A DNA stretch of 64,000 nucleotides from an uncultured Flavobacterium sp. (lineage in GTDB: Bacteria; Bacteroidota; Bacteroidia; Flavobacteriales; Flavobacteriaceae), in the NCBI GenBank assembly GCA_963511725.1, contig CAUPKA010000006.1, positions 7,265 through 71,264 on the forward strand, written 5' to 3'. A program made the position numbers and the translations under genes. How positions within the stretch are numbered: position 1 is the stretch's first letter; each line of letters starts with the position of its first letter. Shown piece by piece: positions 19,019 through 28,398 of this stretch. Under the pieces are notes generated by a model. The model was not told the DNA's origin. It was given only the letters and a program-made list of their open reading frames with translations, and did no database searches.

Positions 19019-20620
19019 CTACAAGTTAGAAAAGAAATCATTCCCTTTATCATCAGTAATAATAAAAGCGGGGAAATCTTTAATAGTGATTTTACGAACG
19101 GCTTCCATGCCTAATTCTTCAAAATCAACTACTTCAACCGAAAGAATATTCTCTTTTGCCAAGATTGCTGCGGGACCACCGATAGAACCCAAATAGAATC
19201 CGCCGTAAGTTTTACAAGCATTCATCACATCTTTAGTTCTGTTTCCTTTGGCAAGCATTACCATGCTTCCGCCATTCTTTTGGAACTCTTCTACATACAC
19301 ATCCATACGACCGGCAGTTGTTGGTCCAAAACTTCCCGAAGCCATTCCTTCTGGTGTTTTTGCTGGACCAGCATAATAGATTGGGTGATTTTTAAAGTAT
19401 TCTGGCATTGGTTTGCCTGCATCCAATAATTCTTTGATTTTAGCATGTGCAATATCACGAGCCACAATCAAGGTTCCGTTTAATTTTAAACGCGTTTTGA
19501 TTGGGTATTGTGATAATTTTTTAAGAATATCGGCCATCGGCTGATTCAAATCAATTTCGACAGCTGGCTCCAAATGTGGAGCAGTTTCTGGCAATAATCG
19601 TTTTGGATTTACCTCCAATTGCTCAACAAAAATACCGTCTTTGGTGATTTTGCCTTTTATGTTTCTATCAGCCGAACAGGAAACTCCCAATCCAACCGGA
19701 CAAGAAGCTGCGTGACGCGGCAAACGGATTACACGAACATCATGCGTAAAATATTTTCCGCCAAATTGTGCTCCAATAGCACTTTGCTGACAAATTAACT
19801 GAACTCTTTTTTCCCATTCCAAATCGCGGAAAGCCTGACCAGACATATTTCCAGTTGTTGGCAAATTATCAAAATAGCCTGCAGATGCTTTTTTTACAGT
19901 AGCTAAATTTGCTTCCGCAGAAGTTCCTCCAATTACTAAAGCCAAGTGATACGGCGGACAAGCCGAAGTTCCTAAATCCATTATTTTGGCACGAACGAAA
20001 GCATCCAATGATTTCTCATTCAATAGTGATTTCGTTTGTTGGTATAAATACGTTTTGTTGGCAGAACCGCCACCTTTTGCCAAAAACAAAAATTCGTATG
20101 AAGCTCCTTTTTTAGCATAAATATCAATTTGCGCCGGAAGATTTGACCCTGAGTTTTTTTCCTCAAACATACTGATCGGCACAATTTGGGAATAGCGAAG
20201 ATTACGCTCTTGATAGGTATTAAAAATTCCTTTTGAAAGCCATTCGGCATCATCGGCTCCTGTATATACATTTTCGCCTTTTTTGGCCATTACAATCGCT
20301 GTTCCTGTGTCTTGGCAAGAAGGCAACTCTCCATCGATAGCTACAACTGCATTTTGCAATAAATTATAAGCCACAAAACGGTCGTTGTCTGTCGCTTCCG
20401 GATCGTCAAGAATTGCTCTTAATTTTTCCAAATGTGAAGTGCGCAGCATAAACGAAACATCTTTTAATGCTTCCTGAGCCAATAATTCCAATCCTTTTGG
20501 ATCAACTGTAAGAATTTCTCTTTCTCCCAATTGTTCCACTTTTACAAAGTCCGAAGTGATTTTTCGGTATTGCGTATCGTCTTTTAAAATAGGATAAGGA
20601 TCCTGGTATATAAAGTCCAT
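19019..20620 (-). CDS. fumA: Class I (Fe-S) fumarate hydratase
   Basis: [25 protein letters not shown]; ATG at 20620 preferred. Confidence 0.95.
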   Translation of the reverse strand: MDFIYQDPYPILKDDTQYRKITSDFVKVEQLGEREILTVDPKGLELLAQEALKDVSFMLRTSHLEKLRAILDDPEATDNDRFVAYNLLQNAVVAIDGELPSCQDTGTAIVMAKKGENVYTGADDAEWLSKGIFNTYQERNLRYSQIVPISMFEEKNSGSNLPAQIDIYAKKGASYEFLFLAKGGGSANKTYLYQQTKSLLNEKSLDAFVRAKIMDLGTSACPPYHLALVIGGTSAEANLATVKKASAGYFDNLPTTGNMSGQAFRDLEWEKRVQLICQQSAIGAQFGGKYFTHDVRVIRLPRHAASCPVGLGVSCSADRNIKGKITKDGIFVEQLEVNPKRLLPETAPHLEPAVEIDLNQPMADILKKLSQYPIKTRLKLNGTLIVARDIAHAKIKELLDAGKPMPEYFKNHPIYYAGPAKTPEGMASGSFGPTTAGRMDVYVEEFQKNGGSMVMLAKGNRTKDVMNACKTYGGFYLGSIGGPAAILAKENILSVEVVDFEELGMEAVRKITIKDFPAFIITDDKGNDFFSNL

Positions 20621-20749
20621 AATTTGATTTTTTTTAAGGAATGCCAAATATAAGAATTGTTCAAAGATTCCTAACTGATTTATATCACGTTCCTTGAATA
20701 ATTTATTAAATAATTAAAGTTTGATTATCAGATTTTAGAAGCAGAAGCA

Positions 20750-20868
20750 TTGGGCATTTTTTGGTTATATGGGTCCTGCTCTCCACTATATTCCCGATTA
20801 ACAAAAACTACGGCAAAAAAAGCCTTGTTTTTCTAAATCGGGAGATGCCGTTTCGATCAGGGCTAAAA
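20750..20868 (+). ncRNA. Flavo-1-like structured repeat element (b)
   Basis: ttgggcatttt...cctgctctcc...[hairpin]...ttcgatcagggctaaaag, homologous to 45570-45657. Confidence 0.5.
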
Positions 20869-21038
20869 GGAAATATAGTGCTTCTTTGCTATGATTTATA
20901 ATTGCAATCGAATTTAGTTTAGCAAAGGAGTTTTTTGTAATTTTACAAAAGTGCTATTTTATTATGGCTTATACATACTATCATAATTCCTTAATAGCGA
21001 TGATAAAAAATACAAGTCTAAATAATAATTTAACTAGA

Positions 21039-21602
21039 ATGGGAACTAAAAAAGAGTTGTTTGAAGAAGAAATCTCAGCATTACTTCGGATATTAAAAGC
21101 TCGTTTTAAAAAAAACGCTGACAGGCATAAAGACTTGGAATGGAAAAACATACAGACAAAACTAGAAGCCAATTCTGAAAAACTATGGACGCTTAATGAG
21201 ATGGAAGCAACTGGTGGTGAACCAGACGTTGTTGGATATGACAATAAAACGGGCGAATATATTTTCTTTGACTGTTCAGTTGAAAGTCCTGCTGGCCGAA
21301 GAAGTTATTGCTATGACCTTGAGGCTCTTGATAAAAGAAAAGAAAACAAACCAAAAAACAACGTTTTGGACGTGGCATCAGCAATGGGGATTGAACTTTT
21401 ATCCGAAGATCAATATCGAGATTTACAGAAATTAGGAAAGTTTGACAATAAAACCTCCAGCTGGATTGTAACTCCCGCGAATATTAGAAAACTTGGAGGC
21501 GCCATCTTTGCCGATTTCCGATACGGAACGGTGTTTGTATATCACAATGGCGCAGATTCATACTATGCCGCACGAGGATTTCGAGGTTCGCTTAGAGTCT
21601 AA
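21039..21602 (+). CDS. DUF4256 domain protein
   Basis: RFKKN..RH, ME.TGGEPDV, ESP.GRRS.CYD, YHNGA.SYYAARGFRG. Confidence 0.85.
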   Translation: MGTKKELFEEEISALLRILKARFKKNADRHKDLEWKNIQTKLEANSEKLWTLNEMEATGGEPDVVGYDNKTGEYIFFDCSVESPAGRRSYCYDLEALDKRKENKPKNNVLDVASAMGIELLSEDQYRDLQKLGKFDNKTSSWIVTPANIRKLGGAIFADFRYGTVFVYHNGADSYYAARGFRGSLRV

Positions 21603-21644
21603 ATTTTTGATTCTTCAGGATTGTTGTGAACATAAATTTTTATC

Positions 21645-21705
21645 AAACCAAATAATTAAGAAATTCTTTAAACCTTAATTTCCTTAATGCCTTAATGGTT
21701 AAAAA
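21645..21705. repeat. Solo copy of the GxxExxY-flanking repeat
   Basis: aaccttaatttccttaatgccttaatggttaaaaa matches the arms at 44056-44090 and 44561-44597. Confidence 0.6.
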
Positions 21706-21755
21706 TTAAAACAATGCTAAATTGTTTTATCTATTCCACACAAATGCCAGTAGAA

Positions 21756-23396
21756 CTAAATTTTTAAAATCGAATTATACTCAGCTGTTGCGTTCAAAAT
21801 ACTGACAGCTTTCTTGATTTCAGGATTGTTTTTGATGTAATAATCATAAAGACCTTCCTGATATTGATAGCGTTTGATGATTTCATCCAGCAATAATCCT
21901 TTTATTTCCTTTTGATTTTTATCCAATAATGCATTCTCTGATTTTTGAAGCGCAACTAGAAGCTGTTGGTATTCAGGAGCAATAGCTTCATCCAGTTTTT
22001 CAGTTTTGGCTGTAGCCAAAGTGTTTTTCAAAGCTATTTCGGTTTCTGTGTCAAAAGTAAGTTTTTGAGCTTTTAGATATTGTTTAAAATCAGTATAATC
22101 AGTATCTGTGATTACAGGGATTTTAGTTCCTAAATTTGGGTTTTTATAATAATAGTTAGTGGCATAATTAAAAATACCGTCGTTTTTTAACAAGGCATTT
22201 GCAATGGGACTTGTTTTAGTTTCTTCCATTTCGACATCTGGCAAAATGCCGCCACCATCATAAACCGTCCTGCCTTTTTTGGTTTTAAAGGCATTGTAGT
22301 TTTTGGCATCAGTTCGGGTTGCTACACCGTTTTTGTCTTTATGGGCATAATCCAATGCTTGAATACATCTCCCCGAAGGCGTATAATAGCGGGAAATAGT
22401 AACTTTGAGCTGTGTTCCATAAGTCAGCTCAACTGGTCTTTGTACCAGTCCTTTTCCAAAACTGCGGCTTCCTAGAACGACAGCACGATCCAAATCCTGT
22501 AACGCTCCCGAAACAATTTCGGAGGCAGAAGCACTTCGCCCATTGACTAAAATTACCAATGGAATGTTTGTGTCTATGGGATCTTGGGATGTTTTATAGG
22601 TGTTGTTGTGTTTTTCTATTTTGGATTTGGTAGTCACTATAACTTCATTTCTTGGCACAAAAAGATTGCAGATGTTTACCGCTTCGTTCAATAATCCGCC
22701 AGGATTTCCTCTTAGATCAAGCACGATTCTTTCGGCACCTTGTCTTTTTAATTGTTCCAATGCTTCTTTGGTTTCAGAAGAAGCTTTGCGGTTGAAGTGA
22801 GCCAATACGATATAACCCGTTTTATCATCTATTTTGGCAAAATAGGGAACCGATTTGATTTCAACTTCATCCAATACAATTACAGTCGAATAAGGTTTGC
22901 CTTGGCGAATGTATTTGATGTCAATTTTAGTATTTTTAGATCCTTTTAAAAGTTGCGACGCATCATCTTTAAAGTCAGACAACGGAGTATCTCCAATTTG
23001 AATAATTTCGTCACCGGCTTTGAGTCCAGCTTTATCAGCTGGGAAATTTTTATAAGGTTCCTTTAGAATTAATCTGTCATTTTCCCTAGTGATTAAGGCT
23101 CCAATTCCAGTGTATTCTCCAGTATTGTTGATTTTGAATTTGAGGACTTCTTGTTCATTAAAATATACAGTATAAGGATCAAGAGAACTTAACATTCCTT
23201 TGACAGCATTATTCATAAGCTCTGCGGGAGTAGTTTCATCAACATAATTCTTGTTCAATTCTTTGAATAGTGTCGTGAAAATTTCCAATTGTTTGGCAAT
23301 CTCAAAATAGTCATCCTTAAAACTTACCCCAACAAATAGAAAGGCGGAAGCAACAACTGGAATAATAATTTTTTTTTGGAAAATTTTCGTTTTCAT
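21756..23396 (-). CDS. S41 family carboxy-terminal processing protease
   Basis: LDPYT, PDZ domain, DLRGNPGG, SASASEI, FGKG, GGI.PD. Confidence 0.93.
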   Translation of the reverse strand: MKTKIFQKKIIIPVVASAFLFVGVSFKDDYFEIAKQLEIFTTLFKELNKNYVDETTPAELMNNAVKGMLSSLDPYTVYFNEQEVLKFKINNTGEYTGIGALITRENDRLILKEPYKNFPADKAGLKAGDEIIQIGDTPLSDFKDDASQLLKGSKNTKIDIKYIRQGKPYSTVIVLDEVEIKSVPYFAKIDDKTGYIVLAHFNRKASSETKEALEQLKRQGAERIVLDLRGNPGGLLNEAVNICNLFVPRNEVIVTTKSKIEKHNNTYKTSQDPIDTNIPLVILVNGRSASASEIVSGALQDLDRAVVLGSRSFGKGLVQRPVELTYGTQLKVTISRYYTPSGRCIQALDYAHKDKNGVATRTDAKNYNAFKTKKGRTVYDGGGILPDVEMEETKTSPIANALLKNDGIFNYATNYYYKNPNLGTKIPVITDTDYTDFKQYLKAQKLTFDTETEIALKNTLATAKTEKLDEAIAPEYQQLLVALQKSENALLDKNQKEIKGLLLDEIIKRYQYQEGLYDYYIKNNPEIKKAVSILNATAEYNSILKI

Positions 23397-23530
23397 ATTC
23401 AAAGGGATTGATTTGATTGCACTAAAATAAGAATTAAATGCAATTTTATTGGTCTTAAGTATAGTTTAGTTTTGACTTCTAAAAAAGCCACGAATTCACA
23501 AATTAAACTTTAAAATTGATATCAATTAAA

Positions 23531-23592
23531 TTACCGCAGATTCGCAGATTATTATAATTTTAAATATTTTAAAATCTGCGAATCTGCGGTAA
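23531..23592. repeat. Periodic inverted-repeat hairpin (REP-like)
   Basis: ttaccgcagattcgcagatt / aatctgcgaatctgcggtaa, perfect 20-bp arms around an AT spacer. Confidence 0.85.
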
Positions 23593-23644
23593 AATGTTTT
23601 ACTAGATATTAAAATGTTTATTCTATGGTTGTAATTTACTGATT

Positions 23645-24049
23645 TTATTTTTCTTCTTTTTCCAAATTTGCATTTGCCTGTTTGATCTGTATCACAAATT
23701 TCTCAAACAACTGTATGGTTTTAGTATTGATTTCTTCAAAACTCAATCGGTCTTTGCATTGGTAAAAAAGCATAAACGAATACGGTTTATCTAGATTATC
23801 AAGGAGTAAATGCTTATTGAGTCTGTAGGTTTCCCGCAATACTCTTTTGAAATAATTACGGTCTACGGCTTTTTTAAAATATTTTTTGGAAACCGAAACT
23901 CCTATTTTTATTTTTTCGCCTTCGCCAAAAGTTCCCTCATTATAAACCAACCGCAATGGATATTTTGCAACCGATTTGCCTTCGGTAAACAATAATTCAA
24001 TGGTTATTTTGCTTTTGAGTTTCTCGTTTTTGGGATAAGTGAAGTTCAT
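23645..24049 (-). CDS. rnpA: Ribonuclease P protein component
   Basis: FTYPKNEKLKS, SVSKK..KKAVDRN..KR..RE.YR. Confidence 0.93.
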   Translation of the reverse strand: MNFTYPKNEKLKSKITIELLFTEGKSVAKYPLRLVYNEGTFGEGEKIKIGVSVSKKYFKKAVDRNYFKRVLRETYRLNKHLLLDNLDKPYSFMLFYQCKDRLSFEEINTKTIQLFEKFVIQIKQANANLEKEEK

Positions 24050-24291
24050 TTTATAAAATAAGCTGTGTTATAGTAGGGCAAAGGTACAATTAATGTGCAG
24101 TGGTACAACAGGCTGTTTTGAATCTAATTTGATTTTCAATAGTTAAGAAAGTTTATCTTTTATTACTGCAGATTATGTTTAAAGTTTTGTAAATTTATGT
24201 TTTACAGCTGATTATATGGGATTGTATTAATTGCTAGACTTATAAATAGACCTAAAAATATATTTCTTACTTTTGTGCCAAATTTAATAGT

Positions 24292-25026
24292 ATGCAGAAG
24301 TTAATTTCGTATCCCTTATCTTTTATCGTTTTAGTATTAATTTTATTGACTTTGGTAATATTTCACCCGATTCAATGGATTTGTTTAAACGTATTTGGTT
24401 ATCAGGCGCATAAAAAAAGTGTTGATTATTTAAACTTTATATTGCTGAAAATCGTTATCATTTTAGGAACGACTTTTAGTTTTGAAAACAGAGAAAGTAT
24501 TCCAAAAGGAGTGCCTGTTATTTTTGTAGCCAATCATCAGAGTTTGTATGATATTATTGCGATCATTTGGTTTTTGAGAAAATTTCATCCCAAATTTGTC
24601 AGCAAAAAAGAATTAGCAAAAGGAATCCCAAGTGTTTCTTATAATTTAAGACACGGAGGATCCGTAGTTATAGACAGAAAAGACCCTAAACAAGCCATAC
24701 CTGCGATTAAAAAAATAGCTGATTATATAGAAAAACACAAACGTTCGGCAGTAATTTTTCCCGAAGGGACACGTAGCCGCAACGGAATACCAAAGGAATT
24801 TGCTCAAACTGGTTTGAAGATTTTATGCAAGAATGCACCATCGGCTCATATTGTTCCGATCAGTATTAGTAATTCATGGAAATTATTAAAATATGGAAGT
24901 TTTCCTTATGGTTTAGGAAATCATATTACATTTGTAGCGCACGAATCATTTGCAGTAAAGGATTTTGAGTTTAAGGATATCATGCAAAAGACTGAATCAG
25001 CAGTCGTAAACGGAATAAAAATTTAA
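24292..25026 (+). CDS. plsC: 1-acyl-sn-glycerol-3-phosphate acyltransferase
   Basis: NHQS..D and FPEGTRS motifs. Confidence 0.88.
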   Translation: MQKLISYPLSFIVLVLILLTLVIFHPIQWICLNVFGYQAHKKSVDYLNFILLKIVIILGTTFSFENRESIPKGVPVIFVANHQSLYDIIAIIWFLRKFHPKFVSKKELAKGIPSVSYNLRHGGSVVIDRKDPKQAIPAIKKIADYIEKHKRSAVIFPEGTRSRNGIPKEFAQTGLKILCKNAPSAHIVPISISNSWKLLKYGSFPYGLGNHITFVAHESFAVKDFEFKDIMQKTESAVVNGIKI

Positions 25027-25039
25027 TAATTAATATATA

Positions 25040-26026
25040 ATGTCTATAAAAAACATTCGTCTGGAAGTAATGCAATTTCTAGAAAACAAGGTTGATACTT
25101 TTGTGGATCAATACTTGATTCCAGTAGAGAAAATTTGGCAGCCTTCAGACTTTTTGCCCAATTCTGAAAGCGATAATTTCCTTGAAGAAGTAAAAGAACT
25201 TAGAGAAATTTCCAAAGATCTGCCTTATGATTTCTGGGTAGCTATGGTTGGGGATATGATTACCGAAGAAGCACTGCCAACTTACGAAAATTGGCTGATG
25301 GAAGTGGAAGGTGTTGATAATGAAGGAAGAAACGGTTGGTCTAAATGGGTTCGTCAATGGACAGGAGAAGAGAACCGTCATGGTGATTTATTGAATAAAT
25401 ACTTGTATTTGTCAGGTCGTGTGAACATGCGTGAAATTGAAATGACTACACAGCATTTAATCAGTGATGGTTTTGATATTGGAACTGGCAGAGACCCTTA
25501 TAAAAACTTTGTTTATACTAGTTTTCAAGAGTTAGCTACTTATGTTTCTCACAATAGAGTGTCGCAATTGGCTAAAAGTTATGGTGATAAGAAATTAGCC
25601 AAAATGTGCAAGATGATTGCTGGAGACGAAATGCGTCATCATCATGCTTATAGCGAATTTGTAACTCAGATTTTCAAAGTGGATCCAAGCGAAATGATGC
25701 TTGCTTTTCAATACATGATGAAGGCAAAAATTGTAATGCCTGCTCATTTCCTTAGAGAATCAGGCGAAAAAATAAGTTCTGCTTTCGTACATTTTTCTGA
25801 TTCTGCACAGCGTATTGGGGTTTATACCGCAAACGATTATGTAGAAATCATGCAAAAATTAATTGAGAAATGGGAAATTGATAAAATCGGAGGTTTAACG
25901 GATGAAGCCGAGAAAGCCCGTGATTTCTTGATGAAGTTACCAGGAAGAATGGCTAAAATCTCTGAAAGATTGATAATTCCATCTGAATCATTTCAATTTA
26001 AATGGGTAGAACCAGCGAGATTGTAG
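25040..26026 (+). CDS. Acyl-ACP desaturase (soluble di-iron, ferritin-like)
   Basis: TEEALPTY, WTGEENRHG, QELAT..SH, DE.RH. Confidence 0.92.
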   Translation: MSIKNIRLEVMQFLENKVDTFVDQYLIPVEKIWQPSDFLPNSESDNFLEEVKELREISKDLPYDFWVAMVGDMITEEALPTYENWLMEVEGVDNEGRNGWSKWVRQWTGEENRHGDLLNKYLYLSGRVNMREIEMTTQHLISDGFDIGTGRDPYKNFVYTSFQELATYVSHNRVSQLAKSYGDKKLAKMCKMIAGDEMRHHHAYSEFVTQIFKVDPSEMMLAFQYMMKAKIVMPAHFLRESGEKISSAFVHFSDSAQRIGVYTANDYVEIMQKLIEKWEIDKIGGLTDEAEKARDFLMKLPGRMAKISERLIIPSESFQFKWVEPARL

Positions 26027-26040
26027 ATTTTCAGATTGAA

Positions 26041-26067
26041 GATTAACGATTTTTGATTTCAGATTTT
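26041..26067 (+). repeat. 27-bp dispersed heptamer-periodic repeat, copy 1
   Basis: gattaacgatttttgatttcagatttt is identical at 50653-50679; 24 nt recur at 59423 and inverted at 59491-59516. Confidence 0.8.
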
Positions 26068-26171
26068 GCCGTCGAAATTGAAATTGATTTTTACCATTGA
26101 TACATATTGCTGATTTTTGAGGTTTAGACTTTAAAAATCAGCTTTTTTTATAAATATAAATAACAGAACAA

Positions 26172-26825
26172 ATGAGTAATCTGGATTTGATAAATAAAAC
26201 AATTCTTTTTGTAAAAGAAAAATTAGCTAATGCCGAAGGAGGCCACGATTGGTTTCACATTCAGCGAGTGTATAAAAATGCATTGTTAATTGCAAATGGA
26301 GAGACCTGTGATGAAACAATTGTCAAGCTTGGCGCATTGCTTCATGATATAGCCGACAGCAAATTTCATGGCGGTAATGAAACAGTTGGTCCAAAAGTGG
26401 CCCGTGATTTTTTGGAAAGCGAAGGTGTTTCAAATGATATCATTACACACGTAATTCAAATCATAGATAACATCTCTTTTAAAGGCGGAAATAACGAAAA
26501 GCGTTTCTCCTCTATCGAATTAGATATCGTTCAGGATGCGGACCGTTTGGACGCTATAGGAGCCATTGGAATTGCCAGAGCATTTAACTATGGAGGATTC
26601 AAAAACAGAGTGATGCATGATCCTCAAATGTCCCCTCAAATGAATATGACTAAAGAAGAATACAAAAACAGTCAAGCACCAACAATCAATCATTTTTATG
26701 AAAAGTTATTGTTGCTGAAAGACAAAATGAATACCGAAACTGGAAAACAAATAGCCCAAAATAGACATGATTACATGCAAGGATTCTTGGCGCAGTTTTA
26801 CGCAGAATGGGATGGGGAATTATAG
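26172..26825 (+). CDS. HD domain phosphohydrolase
   Basis: GHDWFH, LLHDIAD, VQDADRLDAIGAIG. Confidence 0.9.
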   Translation: MSNLDLINKTILFVKEKLANAEGGHDWFHIQRVYKNALLIANGETCDETIVKLGALLHDIADSKFHGGNETVGPKVARDFLESEGVSNDIITHVIQIIDNISFKGGNNEKRFSSIELDIVQDADRLDAIGAIGIARAFNYGGFKNRVMHDPQMSPQMNMTKEEYKNSQAPTINHFYEKLLLLKDKMNTETGKQIAQNRHDYMQGFLAQFYAEWDGEL

Positions 26826-26979
26826 ATCACAGACTGCAGATTTTAGAATTCAGATTTTTAGAAATCGGCTAAAAGATACGAATTATTGTAGAGAGTACTG
26901 CTTACCTCTATTATAACAGAGCTTCTGTAATCTGCCTTCTGACATCTAAATCCGCGCTATCTGGGTTACTGGATTAACC

Positions 26980-27054
26980 TTTTGTCATTCTGAGGAACGA
27001 AGAATCACATAACGAGAGTTTCTAATGTGATTTCTCCTTTGACGAAATGACAAA
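26980..27054. repeat. GTCATTC-type REP hairpin
   Basis: tttgtcattctgaggaacgaagaatcaca ... tgtgatttctcctttgacgaaatgacaaa; same family as the hairpin inside MITE A. Confidence 0.75.
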
Positions 27055-27183
27055 GCATACGTTTTTTATTCCAGTAAATTTAAATATAAAATGGTATAAC
27101 ATTAAAAATCGATATACAAAAAAGCAATGTGTTAATGAGTTTGTTTATTAATTTCATAATTACAATTCTATTTATCGGTTTTG

Positions 27184-27879
27184 TTAAAACCTGATTTTAC
27201 AATTTGGCAATGCTTTTTTTATTCTAATTTGTTCTTTTCCATTAATCGAATTTCCTTGTAAGTCCAACTCTTTTAAATGTTTTAGAGTGCCAATATTAGC
27301 TGGCATTTCGGTTAAATGACACCCATAAAAAGACAAAAATTCAAGGCTAGCTATTTTTTCAATATTATCAACATTCTCAAGTCCTGAATTATTAGAAAGA
27401 TCAATAATTTTTAGTTTTTTTAGTGTCGAAAGTTCGATAGGTATAGTTTGGATATCGTTATCAAATAAACTTAACGATGTTAATGAAGAAAGTTCTTTGA
27501 TTTGGGGAGGAATTTCTTGAATCCTATAGCAGTCATCTTTAATATGATAAGCACCATAATCTTCATGAATATATTCGGGAAACATACCATTAATGCTGAT
27601 GTGCTTAAGCATTTTCATCTTAAATACCCAATCGGGAATTGAATTACTTTTTAGCTCCTTGGCAGAAAAAACAAAATTACTATCTTTAAATACTCTAACT
27701 CCCAATTGTTTAAAAATACTATCTTGATTTATAATGATGGGTTTTTCTTTTACTACTATTTCAGGACATTCGATAGTATCTAAATCTTTCGTTTCGGATA
27801 TTTCCGTTTTTTTATGAGTACACGAACTAATAAAAAATACTGCTACTAGAAACAATGTAATTTTAAAGATTGTTCTCAT
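27184..27879 (-). CDS. Leucine-rich repeat lipoprotein
   Basis: Lipobox ISSC after the ATG at 27879; LxxLxLxxNxI repeats. Confidence 0.82.
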   Translation of the reverse strand: MRTIFKITLFLVAVFFISSCTHKKTEISETKDLDTIECPEIVVKEKPIIINQDSIFKQLGVRVFKDSNFVFSAKELKSNSIPDWVFKMKMLKHISINGMFPEYIHEDYGAYHIKDDCYRIQEIPPQIKELSSLTSLSLFDNDIQTIPIELSTLKKLKIIDLSNNSGLENVDNIEKIASLEFLSFYGCHLTEMPANIGTLKHLKELDLQGNSINGKEQIRIKKALPNCKIRF

Positions 27880-27922
27880 GTGTGTTTTGTTTTTTGATTC
27901 TAATTTAGCACTGTACAATACC

Positions 27923-28384
27923 TTATTTTCTTGAAAACTCAAACACCGCCATTTTTAATTTTTCGTCTATAAATAATATTTTTTGGCTTTTGTCATCATA
28001 TTCGACGGTTAAATTACCTTTTATTATTTTCCACAACTTATTCAAGTTTACATAATAATTATTCGTTTTTGGTGCATATACTAGTTTTTCTTTCAAATCA
28101 CCATCTGAAACCCAAAAAACATCTTGTTCTTTCGTAATTGAGATTTGCCATTTTTCCGAATCACTTTCAGGATGAACTTCTCTATAATCAATATATTCTG
28201 AACTTAGTTTCATGTTACCTTTTCTGTATGCTTCAGGATTTGCGTTTATTTCCTCCATTCCATTAGAAGTAGTGTCAGCTATCATATGATAATTTTCTTT
28301 CCAATTTCCAATAATTCTTTTATTTTGAGCAATTATGTTGCCTTTGAAAAACACAATCAGACCCACTAATAAGTATTTTTTCAT
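27923..28384 (-). CDS. Hypothetical secreted protein
   Basis: MKK plus hydrophobic signal peptide ending AQ. Confidence 0.65.
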   Translation of the reverse strand: MKKYLLVGLIVFFKGNIIAQNKRIIGNWKENYHMIADTTSNGMEEINANPEAYRKGNMKLSSEYIDYREVHPESDSEKWQISITKEQDVFWVSDGDLKEKLVYAPKTNNYYVNLNKLWKIIKGNLTVEYDDKSQKILFIDEKLKMAVFEFSRK

Positions 28385-28398
28385 ACCTGTTTTTTTAA

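Noticed and set aside
26966-27077. Possible third MITE (TTACTGGA...TCCAGTAA) around the REP hairpin
   Set aside because: Only an 8-bp inverted match, no TSD and no second copy in the window
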